A DNA stretch of 64,000 nt from Kiritimatiellia bacterium (lineage in GTDB: Bacteria; Verrucomicrobiota; Kiritimatiellia; JAKQHR01), in NCBI GenBank assembly GCA_050178035.1, contig JBFXGK010000004.1, forward strand, positions 3,009 through 67,008, written 5' to 3'. Positions 42,929 through 53,833 of this stretch are shown here, one piece after another (within the stretch, counting starts at the first letter, position 1; the number at the start of each line of letters is the position of its first letter). Position numbers and translations under genes: made by a program. The notes under the pieces are model-generated. The model saw nothing but the letters and a program-made list of their open reading frames with translations. It was not told the DNA's origin and ran no database searches.

Positions 42929-45081
42929 CAGGCCTGCCGCGCCGCCGTCGGCATGTAAGCGTCGCGTGTATAGTCCTGAAGCATGCGGGCGGCGCTGAAT
43001 CCCGGGATGATCGTCGCCATGGATTCCTTCATCCACTGCACCCACTCGCACGGGCATCCCGCCTTGCGGTTGCCGTAGTAAAGCGGAATGATCTGGTTCT
43101 GAAGGATTTCGTACAGCGAGGTTGAATCACGGTAATCCTGCTCGTCCTCGTTGTCCGTCTGGTAGCCGCCCCCGATGATCCAGCCGTTCTTTTCATTGAA
43201 GGCTTCCGGCCACCAGCCGTCGGAGATGCTGAAATTAAGGGCGCCGTTGATGGCGGCCTTCATTCCGCTGGTGCCGCTGGCCTCGCGCGGGCGGCGCGGG
43301 GTGTTCATCCAGATGTCCACGCCCTGCACCAGGTGCCGGGCGATGCGGATGTCATAATCCTCCACGAAGAAGATGTAGCCCTTGAGGTCGGAATAGATCG
43401 CCTTGGTGACGATGTCGCGCACGAGGCCCTGCCCCGGCTCGTCGGCCGGATGCGCCTTCCCGGAGAAAATGATCTGCACCGGATGCTCGGCGTTGGTGAT
43501 GATGCGCCGCAGGCGGTCGTAGTCGCGGAAGATCAGCCCGGCGCGCTTGTAGGTCGCGAAGCGGCGCGCGAAACCGATCGTCAGGACGTTGGGATCCAGC
43601 ATGCGGTTCATCTCGCGGATGCTGTCCGGGCCCTTGCCGTGGCGCGCGAACTGCTCGACCAGCCGGTGACGGACCAGGCGTATCATGCGATCCTTCTGGC
43701 TCTGATGCGCCGCCCACAGATCCTTGTCCTTGATCTTGAAAATGCCCTTCCAGAATTCGGGGTCGGCCTCATATCCATGCCAGCCCGAGCCGAGAACTTC
43801 CTCGATGATCGTGCGGATGTCATGGCCCAGCCACGTGGCGATGTGAACGCCGTTGGTGACCGCCTTGATATTCTGGTCTGTCGGCTTTGCCCCGGGATAC
43901 AGATGATGCCACATGTGGTTGGCCACTTCGCCGTGAAGCTTGCTGACGCCGTTGTTGTAGTGGCTGAAGCGCAGGCCGACGGCCGTCAGGTTGAACGGCT
44001 GGGCGCCGCCCTCGGGATAGGACTTCCCGAGATCCAGCATCTGCTGGACTTCCACGCCCATTTTCTCGGTGTGAACCCGCAGGTATTTCTCCACCAGCGA
44101 AGGCTCGAAGGCCTCGTTGCCGGCAGGCACAGGCGTGTGCGTCGTAAACAGCGTGTTGCCGCGAATGGTCGCGCAGGCATCTTTCCACGTCATTCCTTCG
44201 GCCATATGGGCACGGATGCGCTCGACCACCTGGAAGGCCGAGTGCCCCTCGTTCATGTGCCAGACGGAAGGCGTGATCTTCAGCTCGCGCAGGGCGCGCA
44301 CCCCGCCGATGCCCAGCATCAATTCCTGGCACAGGCGCATTTCGCGGCCGCGCACATAGAGCTGCGCGGTCATGGGCCGGTCGCCCGGATCGTTTTCCAT
44401 GATGTCGGTGTCCAGCAGATAGAGCTGAACACGGCCGACCGTGAGCTGCCACACGCGGGCATAAACCTGGCGGTCCGGGTAATCCACCGTCACGACAAGA
44501 TCCCGCCCGGCGGCATTGTGCATCGGCCGGAGAGGCAGACGGTAGAAGTCGAAATTGTTGTAGATGTGATGCTGACGGCCGTCGAGGTCAATGTTCTGGT
44601 GGAAATATCCTTTCCTGTACAAAACGCCGACGCCCACAAAGGGAATACCCAGGTCGCTGGCGGCCTTGGCGTGGTCGCCGGAAAGAACGCCGAGACCTCC
44701 GCAATAGATCCCGATGCTTTCATGCAGACCGAATTCGGTGCTGAAATAGGCGATCTTGCCGCCCTTGTAGTCGGGATAGTGCTGCTGGAACCAGGTGGGG
44801 TCGTCGGGATTCATGTAGTTGTCAAAATCCCGGATCACCTTCCGGTACTGCGACACAAAATTGCCGCCGCTGTTGAGCAGCCGTTCCCAGTGGTGCGGCT
44901 CAATGTTGATCAGGAGTTCCACCGGATTGCGGTAGCGGCTCCAGAGATAGGTGTCGATGTTCGAGAAAAGCAGGCGGGCCTCCGGGGTCCACGACCACCA
45001 GAGATTGTAGGCGAGATCGCGCAGGCGCGAAAACTCCTGGGGCACCTGAATGTCTGCAACTGGAATCGGTTCAATAGCCAT
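42928..45081 (-). CDS. glgP: alpha-glucan phosphorylase (GT35, with DUF3417-type N-terminus)
   Basis: LAYNLWWSWTPEARLLF N-terminus, EASGTSGMKAAINGALN PLP-lysine region. 717 aa. Confidence 0.9.
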   Translation of the reverse strand: MAIEPIPVADIQVPQEFSRLRDLAYNLWWSWTPEARLLFSNIDTYLWSRYRNPVELLINIEPHHWERLLNSGGNFVSQYRKVIRDFDNYMNPDDPTWFQQHYPDYKGGKIAYFSTEFGLHESIGIYCGGLGVLSGDHAKAASDLGIPFVGVGVLYRKGYFHQNIDLDGRQHHIYNNFDFYRLPLRPMHNAAGRDLVVTVDYPDRQVYARVWQLTVGRVQLYLLDTDIMENDPGDRPMTAQLYVRGREMRLCQELMLGIGGVRALRELKITPSVWHMNEGHSAFQVVERIRAHMAEGMTWKDACATIRGNTLFTTHTPVPAGNEAFEPSLVEKYLRVHTEKMGVEVQQMLDLGKSYPEGGAQPFNLTAVGLRFSHYNNGVSKLHGEVANHMWHHLYPGAKPTDQNIKAVTNGVHIATWLGHDIRTIIEEVLGSGWHGYEADPEFWKGIFKIKDKDLWAAHQSQKDRMIRLVRHRLVEQFARHGKGPDSIREMNRMLDPNVLTIGFARRFATYKRAGLIFRDYDRLRRIITNAEHPVQIIFSGKAHPADEPGQGLVRDIVTKAIYSDLKGYIFFVEDYDIRIARHLVQGVDIWMNTPRRPREASGTSGMKAAINGALNFSISDGWWPEAFNEKNGWIIGGGYQTDNEDEQDYRDSTSLYEILQNQIIPLYYGNRKAGCPCEWVQWMKESMATIIPGFSAARMLQDYTRDAYMPTAARQA

Positions 45082-45279
45082 ATGTCTGTGCTCCTTAACG
45101 GTTCATTAATAAATTGAGGCGTACAGGTAAAACGGTTGACGCATTCTTTTCAAGAATAAAACACCATTTATTTAGCTTAACATCGCATCCGGCCGGATAT
45201 AGTATAGTTCGCTTTCAGAGTCACGGATCCGCAATGACGGGCGGTCTGGAGAAAAGCTGGCATACAAGGAAGCTGAAGA

Positions 45280-47349
45280 ATGGGCGAAGTTCAACTGCGA
45301 ATAGATACAGAGGAGGCCCCGTCCGTTCCGGTGCCGCCGCAGCCGTCGGCGCCGCAGCCTCCAAAGAAGGAAGAAGCGCCGGGCCACCGGCACATGCGCT
45401 TCGCCCACAAGATCACTTTGCTGGCCGTTTGCATGATCTGCCTGACAGGACTGAGCATCACGTTCCTGACCGTCACGCAGTTCAAGCGGGAAATGTACAA
45501 GCGCGAGCGCAGCGCGGCCTATATGGCCTACAGCGCAGTCGTAAACTACCTTACGGCCCACCATCATTCGCACCGCGGGAACTTCAGCCCCAAGGCGATG
45601 GACTACGTCATCCGCAACAAGATGCTCCGCCTGAAGGATCCGCTGAACGACCAGATCACACACCGGCCGGAGCGGATGGCGGTCTTTGACGAGCAGGGAC
45701 TGCCGATCTATGAGTTCATTCGCACAGAGGAATTCGGCCCGCCCAAGGTCAAGCCCCTTCCCTCCGACCGCCTGCGGGACGATGTCCGGCTGGATTACGA
45801 CCGGCGCAAGGGCATGGTGCATCTGCAGGGCCCGATTGCGGCGCAGGATGATGACATTCCCGGATATGTGGAAATATCCTTCAACTCCAGCATCTGGCAG
45901 AAAGTGAACATCCTCTTCACGCAGGCGTTCCTGATCATGTGCGGAGTGATCCTCATCGCCATTGTCGTCACGCTCATGCTGGACCAGAAGGTGCTGGCGC
46001 CCATCGCCGCGCTCACAGCCGCCGCCCAGCGCATTCGCAAAGGCGACCTCAGCCAGCAGGTGTCCGTCGAATCCGACGATGAGATCGGCACGCTGGCATC
46101 AACGTTCAACAACATGATCAGCTCGCTCAAAACGCGCATCACGCTCCTGCATTCCATTCAGGACTGGACCGTAAAGATCGGGAAGGAACTGGAAAGCGAG
46201 CGGCTCTACGGAACTCTGGTGTCCATGTTTTCCGTTGTGTCCACTTCGCGCGCCTGCCGGATATACACCTATGACAAGAGCAGAAAGGAACTCATCACGC
46301 GCCTCGAACGCGGCGCCGCCCATCTGCCGGAGCCGCAGAACGACAAGCTGACCCTCCGCGCGCTTCACCAGCGCTGGACAGAATATCTCAAAGCCGACGG
46401 CAAGATCGTCAGCGATCCCACCGGCGCCGTCGAACTGGCCATCCCGCTCATTTCCGGCGAGAAACCGATCGGGGCCATCCGCATCGGACGCAAGCAGAAC
46501 AATACGGTTTTCAGCGACGAGGAAATCACCATCCTGCAGACACTGGCCCAGCACGCCTCCGTGTCGCTGGACAACGCCCATCTCTATGAGGAGCTCTCCG
46601 AGAAGGAAAGGATCGAGCAGGAGATGATCTGGGCCCGCAGGATACAGCAGGAGCTGCTGCCCCATTGCGCGCCGGAAATCCCGGGGTACGAGGTCTTCGG
46701 CGGAAGCATTCCCGCGCTGGAAGTCGCGGGGGATTATTTCGACTATATCACCATTGACGGGAACCGGTGGTATCTGGTCATCGCAGATGTTTCCGGCAAG
46801 GGTGTGCCCGCCGCGCTGATCATGAGCGTGACCCGGTCCCTGCTGCAGGCCTATGTGGACTATGAATCCTCGCCGCTGGATGTCCTCTGCAAGGTGAACC
46901 GCCGCATCAGCCAGACCATCGATTCGGAGATGTTCGTAACCATCGCGGTGATGTGCCTCGATGCCCGGGAAAACCGGATTTCAATCGCGCGCGCGGGGCA
47001 CGAGCCGGTCTTCATGTTCAACGGAAGCGATCAGATCGAGAAAATCGCGCCCGCCGGGGCGGCCATGGGACTGCTCGATCCGGTAACCTTCCGGCAGTCT
47101 CTCCGGCCCTTTGAGGGCATGATATCCAGCGGCAATGTCATCCTGCTTTATACTGACGGGATCACCGAGGCCCAGAACAAAGACGGCGAGGAGTTCGGTT
47201 ATCAGCGGATCGAGCAGCTGCTGCTCAAACACGCCTCGGAATCCGCCCAGAACATCTACAACATCATCATCAATGCCGTGGAAGAATTCGCGGCCAACCA
47301 GGCCCAGCACGACGACATCACCATGCTGATCCTCAAGAAAACGGAATAA
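45280..47349 (+). CDS. membrane HAMP-GAF-PP2C (SpoIIE/RsbU-type) serine phosphatase
   Basis: TM, periplasmic-like segment, TM. HAMP (AAAQRIRKGDLSQQVSVESDDEIGTLASTFNNMISSL). GAF-like middle. PP2C motifs VAGDYFDY, ADVSGKGVPAALIM, YTDGITEA, HDDITMLI. Confidence 0.85.
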   Translation: MGEVQLRIDTEEAPSVPVPPQPSAPQPPKKEEAPGHRHMRFAHKITLLAVCMICLTGLSITFLTVTQFKREMYKRERSAAYMAYSAVVNYLTAHHHSHRGNFSPKAMDYVIRNKMLRLKDPLNDQITHRPERMAVFDEQGLPIYEFIRTEEFGPPKVKPLPSDRLRDDVRLDYDRRKGMVHLQGPIAAQDDDIPGYVEISFNSSIWQKVNILFTQAFLIMCGVILIAIVVTLMLDQKVLAPIAALTAAAQRIRKGDLSQQVSVESDDEIGTLASTFNNMISSLKTRITLLHSIQDWTVKIGKELESERLYGTLVSMFSVVSTSRACRIYTYDKSRKELITRLERGAAHLPEPQNDKLTLRALHQRWTEYLKADGKIVSDPTGAVELAIPLISGEKPIGAIRIGRKQNNTVFSDEEITILQTLAQHASVSLDNAHLYEELSEKERIEQEMIWARRIQQELLPHCAPEIPGYEVFGGSIPALEVAGDYFDYITIDGNRWYLVIADVSGKGVPAALIMSVTRSLLQAYVDYESSPLDVLCKVNRRISQTIDSEMFVTIAVMCLDARENRISIARAGHEPVFMFNGSDQIEKIAPAGAAMGLLDPVTFRQSLRPFEGMISSGNVILLYTDGITEAQNKDGEEFGYQRIEQLLLKHASESAQNIYNIIINAVEEFAANQAQHDDITMLILKKTE

Positions 47350-48211
47350 TCCCGTGCCGGACGGTTTCCCGCACGACCGCGTCAAACGGTGTGAACTGCT
47401 CAAATCCCAGCCGGCGGATTTTGTCGCTTGAAAGCTGTGAATTCAACGGGCGTGCCGCTTTGCGCTGAACAATATCCATCGAAGGGCGGAGATGATCCGC
47501 CGGCAGCTCCATCAGCGCGGCCATCCGCTGCGTCCAATTCCATCGGGTTCCCCCGCTTTCTCCGCTGACGTGGAATATTCCCGCAGCCTTTTTCTCCGTC
47601 AGGAATTCAATGGCCGCCGACACATCCGGGCCAAAGACGGGAAAACGCACCAGCACATCGTCAACTTCCGCGGGGCGGCCGGATCGTATGGCATCGGCCA
47701 TTTGCGCGATGAATCCCCGCTGGCCCTCCAGTTCCTGCCCGATCAGCAGAGGACACCGGATGACCAGCGAATTTCCGCGAGCCAGCGCAATCTCCTCGGC
47801 CCTCACCTTTGTCCACCCGTACACATTTACAGGCGAGACCGGATCAAGCTCGGCATACGGCGGCCTGGTCCCGTCAAAAACATAGTCCGTGCTGATCAGC
47901 ATAAAAACCGCCGGGGAAGGAAGCGCCTCGCAAATATAGCGGACGACATCGGTGTTGATGCGCGCGGCCGCCTCCGGAAATTCCTCGCACCGGTCGGGAT
48001 CCCGCCACGCCGCGCAGTGGATAACCAGTTCCGGCCTGATTCCGGCCAGCAGTTCCTTCACGGCGCCCCGGTCAGTCAGGTCACACGGCATCAGCCCCGG
48101 CGCGGGATGCCCGTGCGCAATCCCAACTGCGGCGCGATGCCCCGACAGACTCCGCAGGACAACCCCGCCGAGATAACCGCTTGCCCCCGTAACTATGCAT
48201 GCTGCAGACAT
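47333..48211 (-). CDS. RmlD-type sugar-nucleotide reductase (dTDP-4-dehydrorhamnose reductase family)
   Basis: VTGASGYLGG Rossmann motif and ISTDYVFDG motif. Start 48211 (MSAACIV). The 3' end overlaps the PP2C gene by 17 nt. Confidence 0.75.
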   Translation of the reverse strand: MSAACIVTGASGYLGGVVLRSLSGHRAAVGIAHGHPAPGLMPCDLTDRGAVKELLAGIRPELVIHCAAWRDPDRCEEFPEAAARINTDVVRYICEALPSPAVFMLISTDYVFDGTRPPYAELDPVSPVNVYGWTKVRAEEIALARGNSLVIRCPLLIGQELEGQRGFIAQMADAIRSGRPAEVDDVLVRFPVFGPDVSAAIEFLTEKKAAGIFHVSGESGGTRWNWTQRMAALMELPADHLRPSMDIVQRKAARPLNSQLSSDKIRRLGFEQFTPFDAVVRETVRHGIIPFS

Positions 48212-48344
48212 GACGAGTTTATACACTGCTTTCCTGCCGCCGAGGCAAGCCCCAAAAAACACGAGGAGCGCAAGTTAAGCAGTTGCAATATCGGAAACGG
48301 ACAGATAACATGCGTTCCTTGTTTTTCTGCATGAGGAGAATCAC

Positions 48345-49649
48345 ATGAAAATTACTGTAGTTGGAACAGGTTATGTCGGACTGGTGACCGGCGCGTGCTT
48401 TGCCGAAGTTGGACACGACGTGCTGTGCGTGGACAATGACGAGTCAAAAATCGCCATGCTGAAGCGCCTCGAGATGCCAATTTATGAAATAGGCCTGCAG
48501 GAACTGGTCGAGCGGAACGTGGCCGAAAAACGGCTGCACTTCACCACCTCCATCGAGGAAGGCACCGATTTCGCGGAGGTTATTTTCATCGCCGTGGGCA
48601 CTCCGCCGGGCTACCGCGGAGAGGCCAATCTTTCCTATGTTGAACAGGTCGGGCGGACCGTGGCCGAGCACATGACCTCCTATCGCCTGCTGGTCGAGAA
48701 GAGCACGGTGCCCGTGAACACCGGCATGCAGCTCAAGCGAACCATCACCAAGTATCTCAAGGGGGGGCTCGATTTTGACGTGGCCTCCAACCCCGAATTC
48801 CTCCGCGAAGGAACCGCCATCGAGGACGCCTTCCAGCCGGACCGCATCGTGGTCGGAGTGGAAAGCGACCGCGCATCCAAGCTTCTGCGCGAAGTCTACG
48901 AGCCCATCGTCAAGAAATCCGGCTGCGAGTTCCTCGTGATGAACATTGCCAGCGCGGAGCTCACCAAGCACGCCTCCAACTCGTTCCTCGCCATGAAAAT
49001 CTCCTACATCAACGCCGTCAGCCGCGTTTGCGAACTGGCCGGGGCGGATGTGGAGCAGGTTGCGCACGGCATGGGGCTGGATTCGCGCATTGGCAGGAAA
49101 TTCCTGAATGCCGGCGTCGGCTACGGCGGATCCTGCTTCCCCAAGGATGTGGATGCGTTCATCCATCTTTCCGACCAGCTTGGCTATGACTTCCAGCTCC
49201 TGAAGGAAGTCCAGCGCGTCAACCAGACCCAGCGCGAACATCTGATGCAGAAGATCAAGCACGAGCTGTGGGTCATGCAGGACAAGACCATCGCGGTGCT
49301 CGGCCTGGCTTTCAAGCCGGGCACGGACGATCTCCGCCAGTCGCCGTCGCTGTACTTTGTTCCGCAGCTCATCGAGGCGCGGGCGAAGCTGAAACTGTGG
49401 GATCCGATTGCCTCGGACAATTTCAAGAAACTGTACCCGGACCTGACCTATTGCACCGATATCATGGACTGTGCGAAAGATGCGGACCTGGTGCTGATTC
49501 TCACCGACTGGCCGGAGGTGAAGCAGCTCGACCTCAAGAAGCTCAAAAAGGTCATGGCTGTCCCGGTCGTCATGGACGGACGCAATGTTTTCGACCCGGC
49601 CGCCATGAAAAACCTGGGGTTCATCTATCATTCCATGGGGCGTCCGTAA
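48345..49649 (+). CDS. ugd: UDP-glucose 6-dehydrogenase
   Basis: MKITVVGTGYVGLVTGACFA, GGSCFPKD catalytic Cys. 434 aa. GAGGAG Shine-Dalgarno. Confidence 0.92.
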   Translation: MKITVVGTGYVGLVTGACFAEVGHDVLCVDNDESKIAMLKRLEMPIYEIGLQELVERNVAEKRLHFTTSIEEGTDFAEVIFIAVGTPPGYRGEANLSYVEQVGRTVAEHMTSYRLLVEKSTVPVNTGMQLKRTITKYLKGGLDFDVASNPEFLREGTAIEDAFQPDRIVVGVESDRASKLLREVYEPIVKKSGCEFLVMNIASAELTKHASNSFLAMKISYINAVSRVCELAGADVEQVAHGMGLDSRIGRKFLNAGVGYGGSCFPKDVDAFIHLSDQLGYDFQLLKEVQRVNQTQREHLMQKIKHELWVMQDKTIAVLGLAFKPGTDDLRQSPSLYFVPQLIEARAKLKLWDPIASDNFKKLYPDLTYCTDIMDCAKDADLVLILTDWPEVKQLDLKKLKKVMAVPVVMDGRNVFDPAAMKNLGFIYHSMGRP

Positions 49650-49671
49650 TCGAAATTTCCGATGCTTCAAA

Positions 49672-49700
49672 TTGACATCCCGCGCGGATTTCAATACGTT
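49672..49700 (+). promoter_or_regulatory. candidate sigma70-type promoter for rpsU
   Basis: TTGACA (49672-49677), 17 nt spacer, TACGTT (49695-49700), about 38 nt upstream of the rpsU GTG. Motif match only. Confidence 0.3.
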
Positions 49701-49737
49701 CTGTGCTTCATTGATTGAGAAGGGAGTGAGTTAACAC

Positions 49738-49917
49738 GTGGCTGAAGTAAAAATCAAAAAGGGCGAAACCGTAGAAAAAGCTCTCCGCCGGCTGAAGAAG
49801 AAGCTGGATAAGGAAGGCACGATGCGCGAAATCCGCGCGCACCGGCACTATGAGAAGCCCAGCGAGCGCAAGCGCCGCAAGGCCGCCCGCGCGCGCACCC
49901 GCATCAATCGTTATTAA
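49738..49917 (+). CDS. rpsU: 30S ribosomal protein S21
   Basis: My own translation gives VAEVKIKKGETVEKALRRLKKKLDKEGTMREIRAHRHYEKPSERKRRKAARARTRINRY (59 aa, below the track cutoff). GTG start with GAGAAGGGAG Shine-Dalgarno. Classic S21 sequence. Confidence 0.88.
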   Translation: MAEVKIKKGETVEKALRRLKKKLDKEGTMREIRAHRHYEKPSERKRRKAARARTRINRY

Positions 49918-49924
49918 GATCCAC

Positions 49925-49956
49925 CGGCCGGCCGCAAGGCCGGCCGCCTTCTTTCC
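49925..49956 (+). terminator. rho-independent terminator after rpsU
   Basis: CGGCCGGCC-GCAA-GGCCGGCCG followed by CCTTCTTTCC. Begins 8 nt after the stop. Confidence 0.6.
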
Positions 49957-49986
49957 GCTGCCGCCTTCGCTTCCCGGAGCTTCGCG

Positions 49987-50901
49987 ATGCTTTTTGCCCT
50001 GACAACCCGCTGGAACGCCGGCCGCCACGTTTCCGGCGAGGAAATGATCGAGGAAATCCTCGCTCTTGGCTTCCCCGCCGTGGAGCTGGGCTACAACCTG
50101 CGCATGGATCTTGTACCCGGTGTGCAGAAAATGGTTCAGCAGAAGGCCGTTGTGGTCACTTCGGTTCATAATTTCTGCCCGGTGCCGGTCGGGGCGCCTG
50201 CAGGGCACCCGGAGCTGTTCACGCTCGCTGACCCCGATCCCCGCGTGCGCCAGCTTGCCGTTCAGCACACTTCCCGCACCATCCGGTTTGCGGCCGAAAC
50301 CGGCGCGCGCGCGGTTGTCCTCCATGCCGGCAACGTGGACATGAAGCGGTTGACAGACCAGCTGCTCACACTTTACGAGCATGGACAGCAGTTCTCGCCC
50401 AAATACGAGAAGATCAAGCTGAAGCTGCTGACCCTGCGCGAAAAGAAAGCACGGCGGCAGATTGAATATCTTTATCAGGGGATCGAAGCGCTTCTCCCCG
50501 TGCTGGACGAATGCGGCATCCGGCTGGGCATCGAGAACCTCCCAAACTGGGAAACCATCCCGACAGAGACGGAAGTTGAAATCCTGCTGAAGCATTTTAA
50601 TTCGCCGCGTCTTGGCTGCTGGCACGACATTGGCCACGCCGCTGTCCGGCGGTTTCTTGGATTCATCAGCGTGGAGCGCTGGATGGAGCGGCTGCAGGAT
50701 TATCTGGTCGGAATGCACATCCATGATGCGCGACCGCCCGCCATGGATCATTTGATCCCGCCCCGGGGAGAAATTGACTTTTCGCAATACAAACGCTACG
50801 CCGCGATGAACATCTGCCGGGTCTTCGAGCCGGGACCGACGGCCACGGCGGAAGAAATCAAGGCTGGCCTTGATTGCATCAAGACGCTATGGTCTGATTG
50901 A
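49987..50901 (+). CDS. sugar phosphate isomerase/epimerase (xylose-isomerase-like TIM barrel)
   Basis: VVLHAGN, LGIENL, CWHDIGHA metal-ligand style motifs. Confidence 0.7.
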   Translation: MLFALTTRWNAGRHVSGEEMIEEILALGFPAVELGYNLRMDLVPGVQKMVQQKAVVVTSVHNFCPVPVGAPAGHPELFTLADPDPRVRQLAVQHTSRTIRFAAETGARAVVLHAGNVDMKRLTDQLLTLYEHGQQFSPKYEKIKLKLLTLREKKARRQIEYLYQGIEALLPVLDECGIRLGIENLPNWETIPTETEVEILLKHFNSPRLGCWHDIGHAAVRRFLGFISVERWMERLQDYLVGMHIHDARPPAMDHLIPPRGEIDFSQYKRYAAMNICRVFEPGPTATAEEIKAGLDCIKTLWSD

Positions 50902-50931
50902 TTTTTCTCAGGACAAACAACAGGTGATTGA

Positions 50932-51900
<969 letters not shown>

Positions 51901-51903
51901 CTC

Positions 51904-52818
51904 ATGCGCGTCCTTGTTACCGGAGCCGCCGGCTTTGTGGGCCGCCATCTGGCGGTTGAACTGAAGAACGCCGGGCACGAGACGATCCTGTCAGACGTGC
52001 AGGCCAATTATCCTGAAATCCGGTCGGCCGACCTCCGCGACCCCGATGCGCTCTGCAATCTGGTGCGCGAATCCAAACCGGATGCCTGCGTCCATCTTGG
52101 CGGCATTGCCTTTGTCCCTGTGGGATGGGAAAATCCAGAGCTGGTGATGAATGTGAACCTGATCGGCACCGTGCATCTGCTGGAAGCCTTTCGTTTGCTT
52201 GCGCCCGCCGCACGCCTGCTTGTCGTGACATCCTCGGAGGTCTATGGACGAAAGCCCGCAGACACCCCGCTGACAGAGGATGCGCCCTTTGCGCCCTCGA
52301 ACCCCTACGGCGTAGCCAAAGCCGGCGCCGACCTGACAACCCTGCTCTACGCAAAAAGATACGGAATGCCCGTCATGACCGCCCGGCCCGACAATCATAC
52401 CGGGCCCGGACAATCCCCGCAGTTCGTCGCTACGGCATTCGCTCAGCAACTGTTGGACATCAGGAAGGGAAAAGCCGCCTCATGCATAAAAGTCGGCAAC
52501 CTTGACAGCATCCGGAATTTTACAGACGCAAGGGATGTTGCACGGGCCTACCGGCTCATCATTGAAAAAGGCCATGCCGGATGCGCCTACAACATTGCAT
52601 CCGGGAACATGGCAAAAATCCGCTCCATTCTGGAAATGCTGTGCGAGATTGCAGAAGTTCAGCCCGATATCATTGTGGATCCTGACCGGTTCAGGCCCGC
52701 CGATGCCCTGCCCGCGCTGGACACCGCACGACTGCGCGAACACACCGGATGGTCGCCGAAAATCCCGCTGCGCACCACCCTTTCGGACATCTTCAATCAT
52801 CTCCAGGACGGCGGATGA
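51904..52818 (+). CDS. rmd: GDP-4-dehydro-6-deoxy-D-mannose reductase-like (Rmd-type) NAD-dependent epimerase/dehydratase
   Basis: VLVTGAAGFVGRHL, YGVAKAGAD, RNFTDARDVARAY. Immediately follows gmd. The Rmd assignment rests on similarity style plus context. Confidence 0.65.
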   Translation: MRVLVTGAAGFVGRHLAVELKNAGHETILSDVQANYPEIRSADLRDPDALCNLVRESKPDACVHLGGIAFVPVGWENPELVMNVNLIGTVHLLEAFRLLAPAARLLVVTSSEVYGRKPADTPLTEDAPFAPSNPYGVAKAGADLTTLLYAKRYGMPVMTARPDNHTGPGQSPQFVATAFAQQLLDIRKGKAASCIKVGNLDSIRNFTDARDVARAYRLIIEKGHAGCAYNIASGNMAKIRSILEMLCEIAEVQPDIIVDPDRFRPADALPALDTARLREHTGWSPKIPLRTTLSDIFNHLQDGG

Positions 52819-53798
52819 CAGGGAGGAAACATCAGGGGCGAATTTTGCGCCTGGCACTGGGCCTGCTGGTGCTCTTTATTGTTTTCCGGCGAATTCCCAT
52901 GGGCGACTTGTCGGCCGTCATGTCTCACAGCCTGCATGCATGGCCCTGGTGGATCGCAGGTATTGCCGCCACTTTTCTGGGTCTTCTTGCAGGGGCTCTG
53001 CGCTGGCACCGCATACTGCGTGATCAGGGTTTCGCGCCCGTCTTTAAGGACAGCTTCAACCACTTCTTCATCGGCCAGTTTTTTAATGCGTTCTTTCCCG
53101 GCGCCTGCGGGGGAGACGCTGTGCGCGCATTTTATGTGATCCGCAGGAAAGCCGGCAGCAAAACCGCCGCCATCATGACCGTGCTGATGGACCGCGCCAT
53201 CGGACTATTTGTCTTCGTCATCTTCGGGTGCACAATGATTGCACTGCGCCACAGGCTGTTCATTTACAGCCGGGGGACGCGTCTGACCGCCGTGTTCATG
53301 GGAGCATTTCTGCTGGCCTCGGTTGCAGGGCTTACAGTCCTGTTCCAAAGGCACCTGTTTGAGCACTGGCCGCTTTTTAAGAAGTTTGAAGAGAAAACAC
53401 GAACCGGCGCACTGGTGCGCAAGGCCTATGACGTCCTTATGCTCTATCGGGGGAAACCCCATCTGCTCATCGCGTCCATATCCCTCTCGCTGTGCAATCT
53501 CGCGGCCTTGACTTTCGCCTGCCTTTTCTTTGGACGCAGCCTTGGCATAGATGCCTCATGGCTCGACTACTTCACCTTCTTCCCCGTGATCACCGTCTTC
53601 ACGGCCATCCCGGTCACTCCCGGCGCGCTGGGCATCCGTGAAGCCCTCTTTGCCGGCATGTTTCACACGGTGGCCGTCAGCACCACCCAGGCGGTGCCGC
53701 TGTCCCTGCTGATGTATGCCGGGGGGCTTGTCTGGAGTCTGTTCGGCGGACTGATCTTTCTCCTGCAGCCGGTTGACAGGGAAGCGCTTTCAGCCTGA
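52815..53798 (+). CDS. flippase-like / lysylphosphatidylglycerol-synthase TM-region (UPF0104) family membrane protein
   Basis: ATGA overlap with the rmd stop. About 8 TM helices. N-terminal RILRLALGLLVLFIVF and LRWHRIL motifs typical of the family. Confidence 0.65.
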   Translation: MTGRKHQGRILRLALGLLVLFIVFRRIPMGDLSAVMSHSLHAWPWWIAGIAATFLGLLAGALRWHRILRDQGFAPVFKDSFNHFFIGQFFNAFFPGACGGDAVRAFYVIRRKAGSKTAAIMTVLMDRAIGLFVFVIFGCTMIALRHRLFIYSRGTRLTAVFMGAFLLASVAGLTVLFQRHLFEHWPLFKKFEEKTRTGALVRKAYDVLMLYRGKPHLLIASISLSLCNLAALTFACLFFGRSLGIDASWLDYFTFFPVITVFTAIPVTPGALGIREALFAGMFHTVAVSTTQAVPLSLLMYAGGLVWSLFGGLIFLLQPVDREALSA

Positions 53799-53833
53799 TG
53801 GCCGATCGCATACCCTAGAACATATTATTAATC

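Noticed and set aside
43333-45117. 594-aa plus-strand ORF.
   Set aside because: It is antisense to the alpha-glucan phosphorylase gene. Its composition is Arg/Gly/His/Val-rich and low-information, with no motifs. It is a shadow ORF typical of GC-rich DNA.
48444-49694. 416-aa minus-strand ORF.
   Set aside because: It is antisense to ugd, which has unambiguous UDP-glucose dehydrogenase motifs. It has no recognisable domain.
49708-50787. 359-aa minus-strand ORF.
   Set aside because: It overlaps rpsU and the sugar phosphate isomerase gene in antisense. Its composition is Arg/Gly/His-rich. The plus-strand genes have a Shine-Dalgarno site, family motifs and a terminator.
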